Assembly: GCA_903851135.1 (NCBI GenBank)
Contig: CAINNK010000014.1
Location: forward strand, 37,574-101,573
Reading direction: 5' to 3'
Origin: an uncultured bacterium
GTDB taxonomy: Bacteria > Patescibacteriota > Minisyncoccia > Moranbacterales > GWC2-37-73
Length of the DNA: 64,000 nt
Of this stretch, positions 20,527-28,959 are shown piece by piece. Under the pieces are notes generated by a model. The model searched no databases. It was not told the origin of the DNA and was given only the letters and a program-made list of their open reading frames with translations. The number at the start of each line of letters is the position of its first letter. Position 1 is the stretch's first letter. The position numbers and the translations under genes were made by a program.

Positions 20527-20553
20527 TTAGCAGTCGTCAAGTCCGAGTGCTAA
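20527..20553. promoter_or_regulatory. CIRCE operator (HrcA binding site)
   Basis: TTAGCAGTC-GTCAAGTCC-GAGTGCTAA versus consensus TTAGCACTC-N9-GAGTGCTAA (1 mismatch); about 130 bp upstream of the hrcA start. Confidence 0.8.
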
Positions 20554-20603
20554 CTGCTTAAAATACTACGTCTTATTTTAAATTTTATTGCATTAAAAAA
20601 TAT

Positions 20604-20926
20604 CCGTCATTGCGAGGATTTTTGTACTCGAAAATCCGAAGCAATCCAGGATTTTATAAAGTCCTGGATTGCTATGCATGATTACATGCTCGCAAAGACG
20701 TTATAAAAAAAGATTTTGTCATTCCCGACAGCAGCCTGTCCGCCTTTAGAGGAATCGGGAATCCAGACCCGTATTTTATATCCCTTGCATTAATGCATAA
20801 CCCAGATTCCCGTTTTCACGGGAATGACATAATATAATAAAATTTTCCCATAAAAAAAGCCTGGGCTTTAATAAAGTCAGACTTTGAAATTTTTCAATTA
20901 AGGTCGCACCGTTGCGACCTTAATTG
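20604..20926. ncRNA. candidate structured RNA / hairpin cluster (unclassified)
   Basis: Closing helix GTCATTGCGAG(20606-16)/CTCGCAAAGAC(20689-99) encloses three hairpins including an 11-bp stem GCAATCCAGGA/TCCTGGATTGC. Repeated ATTCCCGA..TCGGGAAT and ATTCCCG..CGGGAAT hairpins; 12-nt palindrome TGCATTAATGCA; perfect 14-bp stem CAATTAAGGTCGCA/TGCGACCTTAATTG (20895-20926). No ORF. Confidence 0.3.
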
Positions 20927-20945
20927 AGTTGAGAAAAAAACATTT

Positions 20946-21851
20946 TTACCTGAGTGCTTGTTCAAGTGCTGTTCCGGCATCGGTCTTGCTGTCACGATAT
21001 TTCTTGATTAAAGCAACATAACCTGAAAGTCCATATTCTTCAGCAAAGGAGCCCTTAATCTGCCGAGAACCAGCAATAACAACTGCTCCTGCAGGAATGA
21101 TAAGGGGATTTTCTTTTGTCCCTTTGTAGATTTTTGCCTCGACAAGGTCGTAAACAGTTATTGACCTATTCAACATGACCCCAGTACCGATAACCGACCG
21201 CTCCTTGACAATAGTGCCTTCGTAGATACCGCAGTTGCCTCCCACCATGACATCATCCTCGATGATGACCGGCATGGCGCCTATCGGTTCGAGCACACCC
21301 CCGACCTGAACGCCGGCCGAAAGATGACACTTCTTGCCAACTTGGGCGCAGCTTCCGACAAGGGCATGAGAATCAATCATGGTGCCTTCATCAACATAGG
21401 CTCCCACATTAACATAGGCCGGCGGCATCATCACAACCCCGGAAGCCAGATATGAACCGTCGCGAACTGCCGATCCTCCGGGAACAATGCGGACATTATC
21501 TGCCGGAATGAATTTTTTAAGTGGCCAGGTATCCTTGTCAAAAAACTCCCAACCTAAGGCCTCCTGTGAAGGGAAAGCTCCCAACCCAAAAAAAATCATG
21601 TATTCCCGAAGCCTGCCAAGTCGCATACCGAGCAGAATCCCTTCCTTAACCCAAGCATTAACTACCCAGTCATCACCCCGCTTTTCAGCAGCCCGAATTT
21701 TTCCTTCATTTAACAATTTTTTGAAATGGTCAAAATCACTCCGCGCCTCTGCATAAGTTTCAGGTCTACGCAAATCATCTACCGTAAGTTTTGAGTGATT
21801 AATGATGGATTGCTTAATAAGACCAATAGCAAAATCCAAGCCTGTATTCAT
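20946..21851 (-). CDS. dapD: 2,3,4,5-tetrahydropyridine-2,6-dicarboxylate N-succinyltransferase
   Basis: Hexapeptide-repeat block [43 protein letters not shown]...IIEDD is near-identical in pattern to E. coli DapD. Confidence 0.85.
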   Translation of the reverse strand: MNTGLDFAIGLIKQSIINHSKLTVDDLRRPETYAEARSDFDHFKKLLNEGKIRAAEKRGDDWVVNAWVKEGILLGMRLGRLREYMIFFGLGAFPSQEALGWEFFDKDTWPLKKFIPADNVRIVPGGSAVRDGSYLASGVVMMPPAYVNVGAYVDEGTMIDSHALVGSCAQVGKKCHLSAGVQVGGVLEPIGAMPVIIEDDVMVGGNCGIYEGTIVKERSVIGTGVMLNRSITVYDLVEAKIYKGTKENPLIIPAGAVVIAGSRQIKGSFAEEYGLSGYVALIKKYRDSKTDAGTALEQALR

Positions 21852-21907
21852 AACACATCTCCATTAAAATTACAAGAAAATAGAAATCTAAGAAAAAATT
21901 GCAACAA

Positions 21908-22423
21908 TCAGTTAAAAATTTTGACCCTCACTCCCTCTTCATTGTCAGAAGTCAAAAGCAGAAAAAGATTGCGATGTTTGTTTTCACGGGCAACTTCACA
22001 GGTCTCATCTTCAAAGAAGGCCATGGCTAATTCTTTGCACAATTTTCCTTTGAAAAGAATGGTGAAAGAATCAATGTCTTCATTCTCATGTTGGACAACA
22101 AGAGAAAATACAAACAAAAAGATTGCCATATAAAAGCTTCCTTCTTTAACCTCAACTTTATCCTCTTTCTCAAGACCAATCTGAAAGCCGCTCATTTTCT
22201 GCGAAATTTCTTCCACAGAAAAAATATGCAGGAGTTGGCAAAAAGTCTGAGCACTTTCCTTCATATTATTTCTCGAACACAGCCGAATGAGATCAAGCAC
22301 TGATTTAACGTCCGGCGGAAAATGTCTTGTTGGCATAATTGAATTTCTCCGATTAAATTGACAAGGTAACAATTTTAAATGCCTTCTTTGTTTACCAGAA
22401 AATTCAATGACGGTCAAGACCAA
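21908..22423 (-). CDS. hypothetical protein
   Basis: 171-aa ORF immediately upstream of dapD on same strand; no motif recognised; true start may be the internal MPTRHF. Confidence 0.35.
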   Translation of the reverse strand: MVLTVIEFSGKQRRHLKLLPCQFNRRNSIMPTRHFPPDVKSVLDLIRLCSRNNMKESAQTFCQLLHIFSVEEISQKMSGFQIGLEKEDKVEVKEGSFYMAIFLFVFSLVVQHENEDIDSFTILFKGKLCKELAMAFFEDETCEVARENKHRNLFLLLTSDNEEGVRVKIFN

Positions 22424-22521
22424 AGCCTTGACAAAAACAAGTTTTTTTGTTAATTTTTAATTTAGCTTTTTTAAAATTTTATAGTTCAGAATATCTCCAA
22501 AACAATCTAAAATCATAGAAA

Positions 22522-22890
22522 ATGCAAACGCAACCATCCTTCTGGGTTCCAATTTTGATGGACGTTGGATTATTCGGTATTGCATTTAATGCAACCTACA
22601 TAGCAGTAGAAACCGAATTGAAAAAATGCTGGCTAACTTTTGGCCTAGCTTTAATTCTCTCGCTCATGACCACTGTCCTAAGCTTTTCGTTGATCATTTC
22701 AGTTCCACTGATTCTTTCTCACTCGAAAATTTTGCTCTTGAGCTTGGGAGCAATCACGTCTTTGATTTCTTTTCCAATGACAACCAAGAAGTCAAAAGAA
22801 GAAGCTTTTACGCTCATGCTTTTCTGGCTTTTATCTTTCTTTTTTGGTATCTTTCTCATGTCACTTTATTTTGCTCCTCATTTAAATTAA
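22522..22890 (+). CDS. hypothetical small membrane protein
   Basis: 122 aa, 3-4 hydrophobic helices. Confidence 0.4.
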   Translation: MQTQPSFWVPILMDVGLFGIAFNATYIAVETELKKCWLTFGLALILSLMTTVLSFSLIISVPLILSHSKILLLSLGAITSLISFPMTTKKSKEEAFTLMLFWLLSFFFGIFLMSLYFAPHLN

Positions 22891-22951
22891 TGAAAGAAAA
22901 CATTTCTAACCCGCTTCAAGCTGAAGCAAAAACAATAAAGGAGAATTTAGT

Positions 22952-23116
22952 ATGAAAAGTAAGATGTTTTTTGGCGGACTTTTTTTTGCAGGTGGCTGTT
23001 TCCTTGCGTTTAAAGCTTTCTCAAAGATCCTTGAGGAAGTTAGTATGGCAATAACACTTGCCACTATTTCAGGCATGCCACCAGTGATGGGAATTAAGAA
23101 GGAAACTCAAAAAAAG
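22952..23116 (+). CDS. small hydrophobic peptide (54 aa) with strong Shine-Dalgarno
   Basis: Below ORF-track size cutoff. AAGGAG sits 8 nt upstream of the ATG; product MKSKMFFGGLFFAGGCFLAFKAFSKILEEVSMAITLATISGMPPVMGIKKETQKK. Confidence 0.45.
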
Positions 23117-23260
23117 TAGGTTTCGGGGTTTTTATTTTGCGGAAGAGAAAAGAAAAGATTAAACAAACTTTTCTCTTCCAAAAAGCGACATTATTCTCAT
23201 GTAATGGCGCTTTTTTTAATTCTTTTTTGACGATTTCATTTTTTTCAAATACTAATTGTT

Positions 23261-23330
23261 CCACTTTTCTCTCAAATATTTTTGCTCGCCGAGAAATTGG
23301 CGGTAGCGCTGAAATTTTTTTGAGTTTCAA
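23261..23330. repeat. direct repeat R1 flanking AbiE module
   Basis: About 86% identical to R2 (24778-24846); has one extra A in the A-run relative to R2. Confidence 0.8.
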
Positions 23331-23331
23331 A

Positions 23332-24117
23332 TTATTTTTTTTGTAAACTCAGTTTTGATTCTATAAAATCCTTAAACCCAAGCACCCGGGAAACCTGATC
23401 AACTTGGATCAAAAACGGCTCCACATCTTTAGCTAGAAAAGCAAAATCAAACTCTTCACAACGTGCTAACATTTTTTCACTAAATTCAGCTCTTGAAAGA
23501 TTTAGGGTTTTTTCAATATAAGCAAAATCTGGCTGAGTTTTGCCATAAAGATAACTGACATCATAAAAATCTCTTCCCTTTTCTCTTTTGCGACCAAGAA
23601 TCGCCATCATTTTTTGCGCAAGCAATACTTCGATGGGATTAACTAAAATATCCCGATAGATGTCAAATTTGTTCAAGGTAAGAACCTGGGGCTGGAACAA
23701 TTTTTCTTTTTTGACAGTGTCGATTCGCACAAGAATTTTTTCATTCGGTGCCGAACCAAGATTGGCTTCCTGAAGAATGTGAGGAAATTTTATATAGCAA
23801 TGATATGCGCCCTTTTCAATCAAACGCGCTTCCATAGCAAAACCCTTAATTTTCATATCATCAACAACTTCATTCATCAGTTCTTGAAATTCATCAAAAG
23901 ATAGTCCAAAATTATCAAAGTCCAAGTCTTCCGAAAAACGATTTCCACCGAAGGCAATTCGAATCGCCGTGCCACCAATAAAACTTAGCTGCGCGCTTTT
24001 CTTTTGCTTAAAAATCGAATCAAGAATTTCATATTGCAAATATTCCACCAAAATACTTTTTGAAGGATTACTTTTAGAATCAGTATAATATTTTTTCAAT
24101 TGATCAAAGGTTAGCAT
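23332..24117 (-). CDS. AbiEii/AbiGii-family nucleotidyltransferase toxin (type IV TA / abortive infection)
   Basis: 261 aa; DUF1814 signature SFIGGTAIRIAFGGNRFSEDLDF. Confidence 0.75.
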   Translation of the reverse strand: MLTFDQLKKYYTDSKSNPSKSILVEYLQYEILDSIFKQKKSAQLSFIGGTAIRIAFGGNRFSEDLDFDNFGLSFDEFQELMNEVVDDMKIKGFAMEARLIEKGAYHCYIKFPHILQEANLGSAPNEKILVRIDTVKKEKLFQPQVLTLNKFDIYRDILVNPIEVLLAQKMMAILGRKREKGRDFYDVSYLYGKTQPDFAYIEKTLNLSRAEFSEKMLARCEEFDFAFLAKDVEPFLIQVDQVSRVLGFKDFIESKLSLQKK

Positions 24118-24716
24118 ATTTCAAATAGCTTATGCACGATTTTAGTTAGTTTTTCAATCTTAAACTCTTCAAGATACTGTTCTATTTTTTTTCTATCTAT
24201 AATTCGCTTAAGTTCACTGCCGTTGATTCTCAATTCCTCAAGGTCTGTTTGATTGTTGAGCTTGCCTAAATTAAAATAAAAATAATCCAGCAAAGCCTTC
24301 TCCGGCTGCGCTATGAGATATTTTCCAAATTTTGTTTCAATTGGATTGTATCCGAAAAAAAGTTCAGACTTAATATGTCGAAATGTGAAAACTCCAAAAT
24401 CATTGGAAAATTTCCTAGTGGTTTTTGTGGTAACGCAAGTTTGAGCATGCACCATTTCGGGAATCAAGCCATAATAACTCAGCATAGTTTCCATAGATAA
24501 ATAGCTCGGCTGATAAATCAAAAAGGAGATTTCCTGCGCCGATATTTCTGCTCGCTTCTCAACAAAGAAATACATTCCCTTTTTTAGACGAGCCAAATAG
24601 CCTCTTTTTTGCCACAAAGACAGTTGATAATTATAAACATTAAGCTTTTTGAGCAAAATATCCAAATTAGTAAAATATGGCTTATTTAAAGCATTTTTGA
24701 ATTCTTGATATTTCAT
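24111..24716 (-). CDS. AbiEi-family antitoxin/transcriptional regulator
   Basis: 201 aa, size and position typical of AbiEi; 7-nt overlap with the AbiEii gene; N-terminal wHTH-like segment. Confidence 0.65.
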   Translation of the reverse strand: MKYQEFKNALNKPYFTNLDILLKKLNVYNYQLSLWQKRGYLARLKKGMYFFVEKRAEISAQEISFLIYQPSYLSMETMLSYYGLIPEMVHAQTCVTTKTTRKFSNDFGVFTFRHIKSELFFGYNPIETKFGKYLIAQPEKALLDYFYFNLGKLNNQTDLEELRINGSELKRIIDRKKIEQYLEEFKIEKLTKIVHKLFEIC

Positions 24717-24753
24717 AAAATTATTAAATTTAATAATCTACTGAAATTATAGC

Positions 24754-24864
24754 TCAATTTAAAAAATAGTCAACCAACCACTTTTCTCTTAAATATTTTT
24801 GCTCGCCAAGAAACTGACGATAACGCTGAAGTTTTTTGAATTTCAGAAATTTCAGAGGTGCCAA
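24754..24864 (-). CDS. candidate 36-aa upstream small ORF (TTG start) containing repeat R2
   Basis: MAPLKFLKFKKLQRYRQFLGEQKYLREKWLVDYFLN, ends 38 nt upstream of abiEi. R1/R2 substitutions are codon-periodic in this frame (see findings). Confidence 0.3.
   Translation of the reverse strand: MAPLKFLKFKKLQRYRQFLGEQKYLREKWLVDYFLN
24778..24846. repeat. direct repeat R2 flanking AbiE module
   Basis: CCACTTTTCTCTTAAATATTTTTGCTCGCCAAGAAACTGACGATAACGCTGAAGTTTTTTGAATTTCAG versus R1. Confidence 0.8.
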
Positions 24865-24891
24865 GAATTTGTATTTTTTTATTTAGCAAAT

Positions 24892-27800
24892 CTACTCAGC
24901 AAGCCTTTCATCAATTGCCCTTAAGAAATTAGATTGAAATAAATCAAATGTTGATGTACTTAAATATCTTTTTCTAGCTTCCTGACCGATAAGTATTAGC
25001 GACTGTGGATTATCTATAATCTTAATTATTATACTTTTTAATTGTTCCACATTATTAGTTTCTATAACAAAACCAGTCTTACCATCTTCAATAATATATT
25101 TAGCACCAACATTTTGACTAATTATAGATGGTCTGCCAAGCATTGCACCTTCAATAGCAACGATTGATGTTGGTTCCTCACGAGATACAACAACAAATAC
25201 ATTGGTTTCGGTAAAAATCTTCTTTTTTCTGTTTTGATCGATAATCAAACCATGCCATATTACATTATCAATACCATTGGTTTTTTCCTTCAGTTTTAAT
25301 GCAAAACTATCAAAAGCCTGCTCGTTGCCGATAATATTAAATACTGCCCTTTGCCTATAATCAACCGGCAATTCCAAAATAGCAGCAACAAAAACATCCT
25401 GAGCTTTTCTTTCTTCAACTGTTCCTACCATACTAAATTGAATCTTACCATCAATTTTCATTTCTTCATTACAATACTGGTCGTCGAAACCCATGCTTAA
25501 AACTTTTACATTGTTTAAATATTTTACAACTGCTTCTTTTGAATATTCACTAGCAACATAAACTGACGCCTTCGTATTTTTTAAAACATATTCCAAAGAA
25601 GGTTTTTTCATACTAAAATGAGGGATAAAAAAAGATTGAATATTCCATGCCTCATGAATAAACCATATAATCGGAACCAACCCCTCCATCGCATAAACTG
25701 CTGGATACGTAACCACTGTATTTGCTATAATAATATCAAAATTTTTTGCAAAGTATTTAAATATAAAATCATTATCTTGAGCAAAATTATTTACAATAAC
25801 TACTATATCCAATTCTTCAAATGCCGCCCTAAACGGTCCATCGACGTATGAATAAACAACAGGATAACCTCCACTATTAATAACTGATCTTGCCATATTG
25901 AGAGCGACCATTGGTGCTCCCGTCATTGTTAATTCATGAACAACAATTAGCGCATCAAATTTATGTTCTATAAGGTTTTCCTGATGAGAAAAAATCCCAA
26001 ATTGTTCAGGAAGATAGCCCTCCAATTGGGCTCTCATACTTTTAGTATAATAAGGATCATTTGAAACATATTTTCCCCATCTTTTTAGCACAAAAATATC
26101 AGCCTTATCTTTTTCTATGTGCCAAGAATGATTTCCAATATGATGAAGCGTTGAATAGGGTGTGTAAACACACCTATAGCCCTTGTCTCTTAACCTGAAA
26201 CTCAAATCTAAATCACTATGTCCTGCTGGTGTATTCACAGCATCAAATCCACCTACTTCAAAAAAAACTTTCTTTCTGATTGCAAAACATGCTCCGCTTA
26301 GTATTGAGACATTGCGAACCCTATTTGCAAGTGGTTCATTTTTATTTTTTCCATTTAAAAAAGTTCCACAAAATGGCTTAGAATTCGTTGTCATCCCAGC
26401 ATATTGAATAGTATCGTTCTCCCACAACAATTTAGGAGAGACAGATCCTATTTTTCTATCAAAATACAAAAACTCAATCAAATTCATTATCCAATCATCA
26501 CTAATTGGGAACACATCATCATTTAAAAATATCACGATTTCGCCAGTTGCAACATCAGCACCTTGATTACATTTATCAGAAAAATTGTATTTCTTATCAT
26601 ACGTTGAAAATACTAAATTATTTGCTTTATTAGCATAATAAAGTTTTAATTCTCCTGCCAGTGCTGAATTAGTAACAATAACGATTTCTAATTTTGTATA
26701 ATTTGTTTTTTTAATAATTGAGTTTATTGATTTTTTCAGATTATCACCAGAATCAGATGGTATAACTATTGAAACTTTTTCATTAGGATTAAATAAAATT
26801 TCTGCACGATTTGCAACACTATTTCCTGTTACTTTTACATCAAATCCGCGCCTCCTCATTGCATCTTCTAGCGCTAACAGATTAGTTTTCTGTGCAAAAT
26901 CCTTTCCTCCCGCAGCAGCTGAACCAGGTATCTGACGCCAAAAATAAAGTACTTTTTCTACATGAAAAATTTTATCAGTAACCTCGCTAACACGTAACGC
27001 AAGATCATAATCCTGAGAATAATTATAGTCAGACCTAAAAAATCCAACTTTTTCTACAATTTCTTTCTTGTATACACTAAGATGTCCAGTATACATGTCA
27101 TTTAGAAGATATTCCGGACTCCAGTCTGGCTTAAAAATAAAATCTGTATACCTGTTATCGATTGTTTTTTTACATTCATCCGTATAAACTAAATCAACAT
27201 CATGATGCAAGTTAATTTCGTTAACAATCCAATAAAGAGCATCCTCCTTAATTTCATCATCATTGTCCAGGAGTGCGATAAATTCACCAGTTGCATTTTT
27301 TAACGCCTCATTTGATGCTCCAGAGATATTTTTATTCTCCTTTCCATAGATTATCTTTATTCTTGAATCGATGTTTTCCCAGCTTTTTAAACAATTTAGC
27401 GTTTCCTTTTTTGTGGATGCATCGTCATAAAGACATAATTCCCAATTAGTATAAATTTGCGCCCTAACTGATTTGATGCATTCATTAAGCCATCTAGATT
27501 CAACATTATAGACTGGAGTTATAACTGAAATTTTAGGTTTGTGCTTGAATTCTTCGATATTATTTCTTAATTTTTCGACTTCATTACTTGTCAACTTAAG
27601 CAACCATCTACCAAAATCAATTGAGCTGGAATTTATCAAATCTTTATTTAAAACCCCCTTGCCATATACAATAAAATTAAAGGAACGCAAGAGTGCAACA
27701 CTTAAACCCTCTTTTTTAATAGAACTCACACCTGTCCTTAGAAGATTTTTTAATTTATTTGCTAATAGCTTTTTGTAAGCAACAACCTTATGAAAAAAAC

Positions 27801-27942
27801 AGATGAATCCATATTTTTTTATAACCAAAAAAATAGAAACTGGAATATTCCAAATTGAAATCTTTTCATCCCTAATGGAATAATTAGTCTCTTTATTTTT
27901 TTCATCTATTATATTTATATTATCTTTTTCAGTATTCTTCAT
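24892..27942 (-). CDS. three-domain glycosyltransferase (GT2 + GT2 + GT4)
   Basis: 1016 aa; two GT2 cores (...YDDASTKKETL...LDNDDE...; ...FLNDDVFP...) then a C-terminal GT4/GT1 domain (...EPTSIVAIEGAMLGRPSIIS...GKTGF...). Confidence 0.8.
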   Translation of the reverse strand: MKNTEKDNINIIDEKNKETNYSIRDEKISIWNIPVSIFLVIKKYGFICFFHKVVAYKKLLANKLKNLLRTGVSSIKKEGLSVALLRSFNFIVYGKGVLNKDLINSSSIDFGRWLLKLTSNEVEKLRNNIEEFKHKPKISVITPVYNVESRWLNECIKSVRAQIYTNWELCLYDDASTKKETLNCLKSWENIDSRIKIIYGKENKNISGASNEALKNATGEFIALLDNDDEIKEDALYWIVNEINLHHDVDLVYTDECKKTIDNRYTDFIFKPDWSPEYLLNDMYTGHLSVYKKEIVEKVGFFRSDYNYSQDYDLALRVSEVTDKIFHVEKVLYFWRQIPGSAAAGGKDFAQKTNLLALEDAMRRRGFDVKVTGNSVANRAEILFNPNEKVSIVIPSDSGDNLKKSINSIIKKTNYTKLEIVIVTNSALAGELKLYYANKANNLVFSTYDKKYNFSDKCNQGADVATGEIVIFLNDDVFPISDDWIMNLIEFLYFDRKIGSVSPKLLWENDTIQYAGMTTNSKPFCGTFLNGKNKNEPLANRVRNVSILSGACFAIRKKVFFEVGGFDAVNTPAGHSDLDLSFRLRDKGYRCVYTPYSTLHHIGNHSWHIEKDKADIFVLKRWGKYVSNDPYYTKSMRAQLEGYLPEQFGIFSHQENLIEHKFDALIVVHELTMTGAPMVALNMARSVINSGGYPVVYSYVDGPFRAAFEELDIVVIVNNFAQDNDFIFKYFAKNFDIIIANTVVTYPAVYAMEGLVPIIWFIHEAWNIQSFFIPHFSMKKPSLEYVLKNTKASVYVASEYSKEAVVKYLNNVKVLSMGFDDQYCNEEMKIDGKIQFSMVGTVEERKAQDVFVAAILELPVDYRQRAVFNIIGNEQAFDSFALKLKEKTNGIDNVIWHGLIIDQNRKKKIFTETNVFVVVSREEPTSIVAIEGAMLGRPSIISQNVGAKYIIEDGKTGFVIETNNVEQLKSIIIKIIDNPQSLILIGQEARKRYLSTSTFDLFQSNFLRAIDERLAE

Positions 27943-27948
27943 ATTGGA

Positions 27949-28959
27949 CTAATCATTACGAATTTTATTTTTTAACTTAATGTATTTTTCTCTTAATTTC
28001 CAAAATTTTGATGATTTTATAAATTCAATTTCTTGCTTTTTTTGTAAAATACTTTTATCACATACTTCAATATCTTGTTTTAGTTGGTCTACAGACTTTT
28101 TTAATAAAACATTTTCATTTTCATAACTGCCACTTGACTCCAATAAGAATGATTCCAAAAAAGCATTATTTTTTCTTATACACAACAAATTGCAATAATC
28201 GTTTTCATTAAGCGAATTCTTCCATAAGCAAACATTTTCTGGTAGTTTTATTAATTTTTTTTCATTTTCTTTAATTATGATTATAATAAACCCTAATTTT
28301 GATATTCTTTTTAGAAAATCTGCTGGATCCGTATTTGCATTTTTTAAACACTTTGGATTAAATTCAATTAATAACTTTATGTCTTCATTATTTTTAATGA
28401 CCTTCTCCATTCCATTAAGAACAAACAGCTCATGACCTTCGGTATCTATTTTTATGACATCTATTTTTACATCACCAAAAAAATCATCTAGTGATACAGC
28501 TTTAACGATCCTTTTTTCCAATATCTCAGTGTTAGGATGCTCGTAAAAACCAGACGAATCAGAAGCTTCTGTTACATTAAAGTTCTTTTCTCCTGAATCA
28601 TCAGAAATTGCCAGATTAAATGTTTTAACATTTAAAAAGTCATTTTCCTTAATATTTTTATTTAAAACATCAAAATTTTCCTTAACTGGTTCAAAAGAAT
28701 ATACCACTCCGCTTTTATTTTTTGTTGCTGCAAGCAAAGAATAGTAACCATAATTAGCACCAACATCAACAACTGTCGAATCTTCTTTTATGTAATTTAA
28801 AAACAAATCAGAAGAAAATTTTTCATATTCATTTTCGATATAATGTTCTTTATATCTTTTGGTTACATTAATAACGAAATCTGCAAACCTAACACTGATA
28901 AGATTATTTATATCATAATCGTGTGGAAATTTATTTTCTTTTTTTGTTATATTTTCCAT
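27949..28959 (-). CDS. FkbM-family SAM-dependent methyltransferase
   Basis: VVDVGANYGYYS and KIDTEGHE motifs; C-terminal coiled coil. Confidence 0.7.
   Translation of the reverse strand: MENITKKENKFPHDYDINNLISVRFADFVINVTKRYKEHYIENEYEKFSSDLFLNYIKEDSTVVDVGANYGYYSLLAATKNKSGVVYSFEPVKENFDVLNKNIKENDFLNVKTFNLAISDDSGEKNFNVTEASDSSGFYEHPNTEILEKRIVKAVSLDDFFGDVKIDVIKIDTEGHELFVLNGMEKVIKNNEDIKLLIEFNPKCLKNANTDPADFLKRISKLGFIIIIIKENEKKLIKLPENVCLWKNSLNENDYCNLLCIRKNNAFLESFLLESSGSYENENVLLKKSVDQLKQDIEVCDKSILQKKQEIEFIKSSKFWKLREKYIKLKNKIRND

Noticed and set aside
23094-23330. 78-aa ORF MKLKKISALPP... on the minus strand downstream of abiEii
   Set aside because: The frame is created by the +1 A indel in repeat R1. 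The R1/R2 comparison shows the conserved frame is the other one, which in R1 is closed by stops. This is likely a decayed copy.
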